The notes beneath the pieces are model-generated. The model did no database searches. It was given only the letters and a program-made list of their open reading frames with translations, and had not been told where the DNA came from. This document shows positions 57,670 through 64,000 of a stretch of 64,000 nt of DNA, one piece after another (position 1 is the stretch's first letter; every line of letters starts with the position of its first letter). The translations under genes were made by a program, and so were the position numbers. This DNA comes from Gemmatimonadaceae bacterium. Its GTDB lineage: Bacteria > Gemmatimonadota > Gemmatimonadetes > Gemmatimonadales > Gemmatimonadaceae. The DNA is taken from NCBI GenBank assembly GCA_035547615.1, contig DASZUN010000070.1, forward strand, positions 11,511 to 75,510. The letters run 5' to 3'.

Positions 57670-59548
57670 TCAGCGCGCCCCGGCGCGCATCATCGTTCAC
57701 TCGTTCGCCCTCGCCGCGGCGATCGCGCTCGCCGCGTGCGGCGGCTCCACGGAACCGAGCGGCGGCGGCAACACGCCGCCCCCCAAGGACGTCACGCCGG
57801 CCTCGATCACGCCGTCCACCACGGACACGCTGCGGGCGACCGTCGGCTCCTCGGCGGGCGCGCCGCTCACCGTCACCGTCAAGAACAAGGCGGGCGATCC
57901 GCTCGACACCATTCTCGTCACGTTCGCCGTCGCCTCCGGCGGCGGAACCGTGTCGAACCTCACGGTTCGCACCAACGCGGCCGGCCAGGCCTCGACCAAC
58001 TGGACGCTCGGCTCGACCGCCGGCGTACAGACGGCGACCGCCACCGTCGCCTCGCTCGCGCCGGTGACGTTCACCGCGATCGCGGCATCTGGTTCGGCGG
58101 CCGCGGCCACCAAGGTGGCGGGGGACAATCAGAGCGCCGCCGCCGGCGCCACGGTCGCCGTCGCTCCGTCCGTGAAAGTCACCGACCAGTTCGGGAATCC
58201 CGTGTCGAACACGCTCGTCACGTTCATCGTCGCCAGCGGCGGCGGCAGCGTGACCGGCAATCTCATCAACACCAACGCCGCGGGCATCGCGACCCTCGGG
58301 AGCTGGAAGCTCGGCAGCGCGGTCGGCACGAACACGCTCACGGCCACCGTCGGTGCGGGGAACATCGCCGCGCTCACGTTCACGGCCACCGCGACCGCGG
58401 GGGCCGCCGCGCAGATCGCGTACACGAACACCGCGCCGCAGCTCGCGATCGGTGATACGTTCCGCCTCGCCACCAGGGTGAGCGACGCGAACGGGAACGT
58501 GATCGCCAACGTGCCCGTCAGCTTCTCGAGCAGCGATCCCACCGTCGCGACGGTGAACGCGACGACCGGCACCGTCACCGCCGTCGCCGCCGGCACGACC
58601 ACCATCACCGCGAGTACCGGCGCCCTCAACGCCACGCAGGCGGTCTCCGTCACCGGGCACCCGGCCACCGGCACCCCGACCGTTCTTCCTGCCGACACGA
58701 TCGGCAAGCCGATCGTCGGCCTCACGGTGGTTGGCCACACGGCATTCGTGCCGGTGCTCAACCCGGGCGGCGGCGTGTCGGTGAGCACCGTGCCGGCGAC
58801 GCTGCCGCGCGGCCTCATTGCGCTCCCGCAATCGCCGATTGACGTCGCGGCGAGCGCGAATGGCGGCGTCGCCGCCGCGATTACCGGGACGGGGAAGGTC
58901 TACTTCCTCGACGCGTCCGCCCTCGCCGTGATCGACTCCATGTCGCTCGGCACCGCGCCATACCATTCGGTAATGAACTCGAGCGGGACGAGATTGTACG
59001 TCGCGCTCAACGACTTCAACCTCGTGGTCGTGGACGCGGCCGCGCGCACGGTGCTCAGCCGATCCGCCCTCGGCGGCACCGTCATCAAGATGAAGATCGT
59101 CGGCGACACCTCACTGTTCGTCGCGACGAGCGAAGGCTTCATCTATCGCGTCGACGCGCGCACCGGGGTCGTGCTGAAGCAGCTCTCGGTGGGCACGATC
59201 TCGGACTTCGACGTCGGAAGCGACGGCAAGACCGTCTTCACCAGCAACGGCAGCGCGACGGTGACGATGACGCCCGTGACCTCGGACGGACTCAGCGGCA
59301 CCGTGACGTTCGCGCAGTCCGTGAACGGCCTGGCGATCGCGCCCGACGGCCAGGCGCTCTGGGTGAGTCAGGCCGACGGCTCGCTCTTTGATGCACCGTC
59401 GCTGGGCACGACCTTCCAGACGACTTTGGTCAAGAGCCGCGTTACATTGCCCTTGGGCGTGAATCCCGGACAGTTGGCGTTCACGCCATTCGGCGATTAC
59501 GTGGTCGTCGTCGACAAGGCGAACAACAATCTGATCTTCGTGCACTGA
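57656..59548 (+). CDS. Surface/periplasmic lipoprotein: two invasin-type Ig (Big_1-like) domains, one Big_2-like domain and a C-terminal beta-propeller-like region
   Basis: ATG at 57656 overlaps the YfhO end by 14 nt. Lipobox IALAAC. Ig-like repeats VTVKNKAGDPL...TNAAGQASTNWTLGS and VKVTDQFGNPV...TNAAGIATLGSWKLGS. Big_2-like SSSDPTVATVNATTGTVTAVAAGTTTITAS. YVTN-like repeats follow. Confidence 0.6.
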   Translation: MQPRSQRAPARIIVHSFALAAAIALAACGGSTEPSGGGNTPPPKDVTPASITPSTTDTLRATVGSSAGAPLTVTVKNKAGDPLDTILVTFAVASGGGTVSNLTVRTNAAGQASTNWTLGSTAGVQTATATVASLAPVTFTAIAASGSAAAATKVAGDNQSAAAGATVAVAPSVKVTDQFGNPVSNTLVTFIVASGGGSVTGNLINTNAAGIATLGSWKLGSAVGTNTLTATVGAGNIAALTFTATATAGAAAQIAYTNTAPQLAIGDTFRLATRVSDANGNVIANVPVSFSSSDPTVATVNATTGTVTAVAAGTTTITASTGALNATQAVSVTGHPATGTPTVLPADTIGKPIVGLTVVGHTAFVPVLNPGGGVSVSTVPATLPRGLIALPQSPIDVAASANGGVAAAITGTGKVYFLDASALAVIDSMSLGTAPYHSVMNSSGTRLYVALNDFNLVVVDAAARTVLSRSALGGTVIKMKIVGDTSLFVATSEGFIYRVDARTGVVLKQLSVGTISDFDVGSDGKTVFTSNGSATVTMTPVTSDGLSGTVTFAQSVNGLAIAPDGQALWVSQADGSLFDAPSLGTTFQTTLVKSRVTLPLGVNPGQLAFTPFGDYVVVVDKANNNLIFVH

Positions 59549-59570
59549 TGGCGAGGAACGCGCGACAGGA

Positions 59571-60344
59571 ATGACGGTCCCGGTACCACAAACACGTGGT
59601 GGGAGTCGAGAGGGCGCGCCCGGAAACGAGCGCGCTCTCGTTATCGTGCCCACGTACAACGAGCGGGAGAACATCGCTCGGCTGATCGAGGCGGTGCTGC
59701 GGCAGGATCCCCGCCTCCAGCTCCTGGTGGTCGACGACGGCTCTCCGGATGGCACCGGCGAGATCGTCGAAGGGATCATGGCGACGAATCCGCGAGTCCA
59801 CATTCTTCGTCGCCCAAGGAAAATGGGATTGGGGACGGCGTACGTCGCCGGGTTCAAGTGGGCGCTCGAGCAGGGGTACGACCTCGTGTTCGAGATGGAC
59901 GCCGATTTCTCGCACGACCCGAATCATCTCCCCGAGTTCCTGCGGGCCGCCGACGCCGCCGACCTCGTGCTGGGGTCGCGGTATCGAGAGGGAAAGGTCA
60001 CCGTCGTGAACTGGCCGATCGCGCGCCTCATCCTCAGCTACTTCGCGAACGTGTACGCGCGCCGCATCACCGGGCTTCCCGTGTGGGACGCGACCGGCGG
60101 CTTCAAGTGCTTTCGAAGAGTTGTTCTGGAAGCCATTGATCTGGAACGCGTTGTCTCCAACGGCTACGCGTTTCAGATCGAGATGAGCTACCGCGCCTGG
60201 AAGAAGGGCTTCCGGATCGTCGAGATCCCGATCGTCTTTGTGGACCGCACCGAAGGCCAGAGCAAGATGTCCAAGTCCATCGTGCGGGAAGCGATCTGGA
60301 TGGTCTGGCGCTTGAGGTGGTGGGCGATGACGAACCGCCTGTAG
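59571..60344 (+). CDS. Polyprenol-phosphate mannose synthase (Dpm1/Ppm1-type GT2, soluble form)
   Basis: Contains VIVPTYNERENI, VVDDGSPDGT, FEMDADFSHDP and FVDRTEGQSKMS. Confidence 0.85.
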   Translation: MTVPVPQTRGGSREGAPGNERALVIVPTYNERENIARLIEAVLRQDPRLQLLVVDDGSPDGTGEIVEGIMATNPRVHILRRPRKMGLGTAYVAGFKWALEQGYDLVFEMDADFSHDPNHLPEFLRAADAADLVLGSRYREGKVTVVNWPIARLILSYFANVYARRITGLPVWDATGGFKCFRRVVLEAIDLERVVSNGYAFQIEMSYRAWKKGFRIVEIPIVFVDRTEGQSKMSKSIVREAIWMVWRLRWWAMTNRL

Positions 60345-60373
60345 CTTTTACCTCAACATTTGAGGGGAACAGC

Positions 60374-61204
60374 GTGATTCGCGCTGGCCGGTCGTTCTTC
60401 AAGATGAGCGGGTCGGGCAATGACTTCGTCATGATCGACGCCCGACACGAGCCCGCCGGACGTCTGGCGGAAGCCGACGTGGTGCGCCGCATCTGCGCGC
60501 GCGGGACCGGGGTCGGCGCGGACGGCGTGGTGTTTCTCGAGGCATCGGACCGGGCCGCCGTGCGGCTCGTGTACCTCAACGCCGACGGCGGGCGAGCCGA
60601 CTTCTGCGGCAACGCCACGCTCTGCACGACCCGACTTTCCACGGAGATGGGCATCGGAGCCGCCTCCGGCCTGAGCATCGAAACCGACGCCGGAATCGTC
60701 CAGGCCAGGATCACCGCGGACGGACTGCCGGAGATCGACCTGCCGCAGGTCACCGAGGTCGCGGAGGACGCGTCGGGGATCGAGCGCCAAGAGCGCGAAC
60801 GGCGGATCGGGTTCGCCCTCGTGGGCGTGCCACACCTCACCGTGTTGTGCGACGACGTGTCGACGATGGATGTGACCGGCCGAGGCCGGCCGCTCAGGCA
60901 TCACGCCAGTTTGACGCACGGAGCGAATGCGAACTTCGTGTCGAGATCTCGGGCCGGCGCGGCGGGCTGGCGGATCCGGACGTACGAGCGCGGCGTCGAG
61001 GGGGAAACCCTGGCGTGCGGCAGCGGCGCGGCCGCAACGGCGATTCTCCTGACCGCTTGGGGTGAAGCGCACGGTCCCGTCGAGCTCGAGACGCGGTCTG
61101 GTCGGACGCTGCGAGTTCGGCTGAGTCGATCTGGCGCCGCGTGGAAACCGAGCCTTGCCGGTGAAGGGCGCGTCGTCTTTCATGGAATACTTTCAGAGAT
61201 ATAG
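60374..61204 (+). CDS. dapF: Diaminopimelate epimerase
   Basis: GTG at 60374 is preceded by GAGGGG. Contains SGSGNDF and both catalytic Cys motifs (FCGNA, ACGSGA). Confidence 0.9.
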   Translation: MIRAGRSFFKMSGSGNDFVMIDARHEPAGRLAEADVVRRICARGTGVGADGVVFLEASDRAAVRLVYLNADGGRADFCGNATLCTTRLSTEMGIGAASGLSIETDAGIVQARITADGLPEIDLPQVTEVAEDASGIERQERERRIGFALVGVPHLTVLCDDVSTMDVTGRGRPLRHHASLTHGANANFVSRSRAGAAGWRIRTYERGVEGETLACGSGAAATAILLTAWGEAHGPVELETRSGRTLRVRLSRSGAAWKPSLAGEGRVVFHGILSEI

Positions 61205-61258
61205 CCCAAGCCGTTGTTCGACAAAGGCTTGGTGAAACAGCCGCGAATCAGCGCGATT

Positions 61259-61286
61259 GTGGAGCATCGAGTTCTCCACAGTTTTT
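61259..61286 (+). terminator. Weak terminator-like hairpin after dapF (gtggag-N9-ctccac followed by agTTTTT)
   Basis: Read directly from the sequence. The stem is only 6 bp. It is preceded by a second hairpin, ccaagcc-N13-ggcttgg, at 61206-61232. Confidence 0.35.
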
Positions 61287-61535
61287 CCCCGGGTGTAGTT
61301 TACATAATACATCTTATACGTACTATATATCTCCCGCGACAGCATGGCGACAACCGATGGTGTCATGTCGCTGTTTCGTTGCTGCTGCCACTGCTCCGCG
61401 GCGCTCGGCGCCGTCCGGATCGACCAGCGGCGGCTTCGGAATCGCCGATTTGACCTCGGCTGATCTCACCCAGTTGATTCAACCCGGCCGCAGCGTCAGC
61501 CGCATCAACCGGGCTCGAGTTGATCGACGGCAACG

Positions 61536-61568
61536 AAAAAGCGGCCCGGCAGCAATCTGCCGGGCCGC
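61536..61568 (-). terminator. Rho-independent terminator of the TPR gene (11-bp stem gcggcccggca / tgccgggccgc, 6-nt loop, TTTTT on the minus strand)
   Basis: Perfect GC-rich stem 20 nt downstream of the minus-strand stop at 61588, followed by a U5 run. Confidence 0.75.
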
Positions 61569-61587
61569 TCGGGTCAGGTCCGATCGG

Positions 61588-62256
61588 CTACTTCTTGGCC
61601 GGCGCGGCGCTCAGCTCGCCCAGCCTGACTTTGGCTTCGGCCGCCACGGTGGCAGCCTTCGGGTCGTCGGCAAGCGATTGCCAGAGCTTGCGGGCGCTCG
61701 CCGTATCGCCGCTCGTCGCGAACGCCCGAGCCGCTTTGGCCTGCTCGTACGACCGCTCGATATCGCCCGGCGCCGCGGCAGCGGCGGCCTGGTACGCCTT
61801 GGCGGCATCGGCAGCCTTGTTCATCTGCATGTACCCATCGCCTTCCAGGCTCAGGACGGCTGACTCGTTGCGATCGGCCCCGCCACTGCCCGCCGCCTTC
61901 TCGAGCAACGAGACGCCGTCCTGGTACTTGCCGCCGTCGTAATCCATCTGGGCGAGCAGCATGGCGGCCTCGACGCCGGCGCTGGTCGAGCCGTACTGCG
62001 CCCAGACCTTCTGCAGGTCGCTCTGAGCCAGCGGCATGTTCCCGGAGCTCAGCGACTGCTTCGCGTTCAGCAGCGACTTCTCGGCGTTGGCTGACTTGAT
62101 CTCCTGCTGCCGCAGATAGAACCAGTAGCCGGCGGCCGCAACGAGGACGATGATCGCCCCCGCCGTCAGCGCCTTGGCGTTGATCTTCGTCCAGTCGAGG
62201 AAGGTCTGCGCGCGGTCCGCGGCCGCGGACTCGGCGTCGGTACGAATGCTTGTCAT
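61588..62256 (-). CDS. Membrane-anchored TPR-like protein (YfgM/UPF0070-like architecture)
   Basis: Start taken at ATG 62256 (MTSIRTD...), because the longer ORF would run into the tRNA. One TM helix (ALTAGAIIVLVAAAGYWFYL) is followed by Ala-rich TPR-like helices. Confidence 0.6.
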   Translation of the reverse strand: MTSIRTDAESAAADRAQTFLDWTKINAKALTAGAIIVLVAAAGYWFYLRQQEIKSANAEKSLLNAKQSLSSGNMPLAQSDLQKVWAQYGSTSAGVEAAMLLAQMDYDGGKYQDGVSLLEKAAGSGGADRNESAVLSLEGDGYMQMNKAADAAKAYQAAAAAAPGDIERSYEQAKAARAFATSGDTASARKLWQSLADDPKAATVAAEAKVRLGELSAAPAKK

Positions 62257-62294
62257 GAATCGTTCGAGGTGAGGATCGAGCCGAAGTGCCCCAG

Positions 62295-62368
62295 TGCCCC
62301 TGAGAGGATTCGAACCTCCGACCAACGGTTTAGGAAACCGCTGCTCTATCCATCTGAGCTACAGGGGC
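62295..62368 (-). tRNA. tRNA-Arg (anticodon CCT); CCA not encoded
   Basis: Cloverleaf folded by hand. Acceptor stem GCCCCTG/CAGGGGC, D-arm GCTC...GAGC, anticodon stem GCGGT/ACCGT with loop TTCCTAA, and T-arm GGAGG-TTCGAAT-CCTCT. Confidence 0.93.
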
Positions 62369-62398
62369 ATGTCGTGCAATAGACTCAGATTGATTGAA

Positions 62399-62428
62399 AT
62401 TACAACAACTTGGGCCCTTTGCGGTCAA
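62399..62428 (-). promoter_or_regulatory. Candidate promoter for tRNA-Arg (minus strand TTGACC-N18-TGTAAT)
   Basis: Hexamers read on the reverse complement. The -10 element ends about 30 nt upstream of the mature tRNA 5' end. Confidence 0.35.
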
Positions 62429-62619
62429 CCGAGGCCGACCCAGCCGGTGCCGCTGAACCCGCTCGGGTTCGACTGACGATTTCACGGAATTGCCCCCGGG
62501 CACGGACCGAGTCCGTGCGCTTGAACCGCATCGGGGCCAAGCTAAGGAAGCTAACGGAATCGGCTGTGCCGCGCGAGGCTCGGCGCGATCACCCGTTCGG
62601 GCTGACGGACGCGCGCCTC

Positions 62620-63165
62620 TCAAAACGTGACGACAGCGTGCATCGCGGTTCCCGCCAGGCGATCGCGACCGGGCAGGAACGACAGCGCGATCAGGAACGA
62701 GAAACCGACGATCGATGCTCCCAGCACCTCGACGAGGCGCCGGGTCGCGTCCGCGGTCCCGCCGGTGGCGAGCACGTCGTCCACGATCAGCACGCGCGCC
62801 CCGTCACCGCACGCGTCGGCGTGGATCTCGAGCGTGTCCGTCCCGTACTCCAGCGCGTATTCCTCACGCCGTGTTTCGCTCGGCAGCTTGCCCGGCTTTC
62901 GCACGGGAACGAAGCCGGCGCCGAGTTGCTGAGCGATCGGTCCACCGAGGATGAAGCCACGGCTCTCGATGGCCACGACGTGCGTGACGCCGGCATTCTC
63001 GAACGGCCGCGCCATCTCCACGGTCGCCGCGGTGAACGCCTCTGCGCTCCCGAGCAGCGGCGTGATGTCCTTGAACAGGATGCCGGGCTTGGGATAATCC
63101 GGGACGTCGCGAATGAGCTGCCGCAGGCGGCGCGAGAGATCGGGTGCGGTTGGGGCGAATGCCAT
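62620..63165 (-). CDS. apt: Adenine phosphoribosyltransferase
   Basis: Contains the PRPP motif VLIVDDVLATGGTA and an N-terminal PDYPKPGILFKDITPLL. Confidence 0.93.
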   Translation of the reverse strand: MAFAPTAPDLSRRLRQLIRDVPDYPKPGILFKDITPLLGSAEAFTAATVEMARPFENAGVTHVVAIESRGFILGGPIAQQLGAGFVPVRKPGKLPSETRREEYALEYGTDTLEIHADACGDGARVLIVDDVLATGGTADATRRLVEVLGASIVGFSFLIALSFLPGRDRLAGTAMHAVVTF

Positions 63166-63173
63166 GCGGGGAC

Positions 63174-63443
63174 TTACCGGAGGATCGTGAACGGTTGGTC
63201 GCGCTCGGTGGACACGGGTTCCAGCTCTTCAAGCCCCGCCACGGACGCGCCGGGCGGTCCTTCCATCAGACGCGCACGCAAGGCGTGAATCGCGTCCGCC
63301 GGTCCTTCGGCGGCAACCTCGACGGAACCGTCCGCGTGGTTGCGCACCCAGCCGGATACGCCCAGGCCGCGCGCCGCCTCGCGGACGAACCAGCGAAATC
63401 CGACTCCCTGCACCCGGCCGCGAACCCGAACGTGCAGTTGCAT
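63174..63443 (-). CDS. acyP: Acylphosphatase
   Basis: 89 aa. Contains VRGRVQGVGFR and GWVRNHADGSVE. Only the 3' part of the 244-aa track ORF is protein-like. The ATG shares 1 nt with the pcm stop. Confidence 0.88.
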   Translation of the reverse strand: MQLHVRVRGRVQGVGFRWFVREAARGLGVSGWVRNHADGSVEVAAEGPADAIHALRARLMEGPPGASVAGLEELEPVSTERDQPFTILR

Positions 63444-64000
63444 CACGACCCGGGCTGCTTGTCCCACCCGTGCGAGCCGATCAACGGGACGAAGCGCATC
63501 GGGGCCTCCTCGCGCATGACGATCTGGCCGTTGGTGCGGGTCGCGATCACGAGCTTCTGCCCTTCCCGATCGCCGACAGGAACGAGCAGCCGCCCGCCCT
63601 CGGCGAGTTGATCGAGCAGCGGCTGCGGGACGGATGGCGCGCCCGCGCTCACCAGAATCGCGTCGTACGGCGCGTACTCGCGCCAGCCGATGGTGCCGTC
63701 GCCCATGAGCATCGACACGTTGTTCGCGCCGGCGCGCTGGATGTTGTCGCGCGCCTGCTGGAATAACGCGGGAATGCGCTCGATCGAGAACACCTGCGCC
63801 ACGAGATGCGAGAGCAGCACGGTCTGATACCCGGACCCGGTCCCGATCTCGAGCACGCGCTCCTTGCCGGTGAGCTGCAGCAGCTCGAGATACCGCGCGT
63901 GCACCCACGGCTGCGAGATCGTCTGGCCGTTGCCGATCGGGAGCGCCGAATCCTCGTACGCCCGGTGGCGAATGCCGGTGGGCACGAATGCGTGCCGCGG
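63443..64000 (-). CDS. pcm: Protein-L-isoaspartate O-methyltransferase; N-terminus lies beyond the window end
   Basis: Contains the SAM motif LEIGTGSGYQT and TISQPW. The frame stays open to nt 64000 (PRHAFVP...). Confidence 0.9.
   Translation of the reverse strand, partial: PRHAFVPTGIRHRAYEDSALPIGNGQTISQPWVHARYLELLQLTGKERVLEIGTGSGYQTVLLSHLVAQVFSIERIPALFQQARDNIQRAGANNVSMLMGDGTIGWREYAPYDAILVSAGAPSVPQPLLDQLAEGGRLLVPVGDREGQKLVIATRTNGQIVMREEAPMRFVPLIGSHGWDKQPGS

Noticed and set aside
61567-61590. gggtcaggtccg resembles part of the conserved SRP (4.5S) RNA motif.
   Set aside because: Only about 10 nt match. It overlaps the stop region of the TPR gene and its terminator, and no flanking SRP helix-8 context is present.
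61214-61863. Plus-strand ORFs 61214..61453 (79 aa) and 61357..61863 (168 aa).
   Set aside because: The first spans hairpins and the AT-rich island, has a TTG start and shows no family resemblance. The second is R/G/A-rich and antisense to the well-supported TPR gene and its terminator.
61200-62420. A possible genomic-island junction at tRNA-Arg(CCT), given the AT-rich island about 1 kb beyond the tRNA 3' end.
   Set aside because: I found no direct repeat of the tRNA 3' half. The nearest candidate, ttgattcaaccc at about 61474, is a weak match with an indel. There is no integrase, and the intervening TPR gene has native composition.
62410-63288. 292-aa plus-strand ORF across the tRNA-apt spacer and apt.
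   Set aside because: It is antisense to apt, which carries the PRPP-binding motif, and its own composition is low-complexity.

Overview
High-GC (by eye about 68-70%) chromosomal core region of a diderm bacterium. The gene content is Kdo/Lpt genes, rpoN, the futalosine menaquinone pathway, Bacillus-type sdhCAB and UPF0182. This would fit Gemmatimonadota or a neighbouring phylum, but that is inference only.

The window is almost entirely housekeeping and very tightly packed, with many ATGA/GTGA start-stop overlaps. In order:
- mdh (3' fragment), sdhCAB, a small tail-anchored ORF, and dcd (minus strand).
- A complete 14-gene nuoA-N operon.
- Phosphomannomutase, UPF0182, carbamate kinase, sucCD, a GT87-like membrane protein, a CBS protein and ndk.
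- yceD-rpmF-plsX-fabHDG-acpP-fabF.
- Futalosine genes (two radical-SAM genes flanking mqnA), ispF and xerD.
- trpG/pabA coupled to a putative outer-membrane protein.
- A gapless co-directional array of about 18.6 kb: kdsB-pyrG-kdsA-kdsC-kdsD-lptC-lptA-lptB-rpoN, then GT2, GT4, a flippase-like protein, YfhO, a Big-domain lipoprotein, ppm1 and dapF.
- On the minus strand: a TPR membrane protein, tRNA-Arg(CCT), apt, acyP and pcm (5' end outside the window).

I see no CRISPR array, IS element, prophage or defence-type island. I do not see a clear-cut novel system. The points most worth a second look are:
- the polyprenyl-phosphate-sugar / GT-C (YfhO) glycosylation module where hpf-ptsN normally follows rpoN;
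- an LptB with an N-terminal extension of about 155 aa, and an oversized LptA;
- an inverted array of 7-nt tandem repeats between xerD and trpG;
- a His-rich insertion in NuoL;
- an AT-rich orphan spacer next to dapF.

The many long antisense or alternate-frame ORFs in the track are high-GC artefacts.
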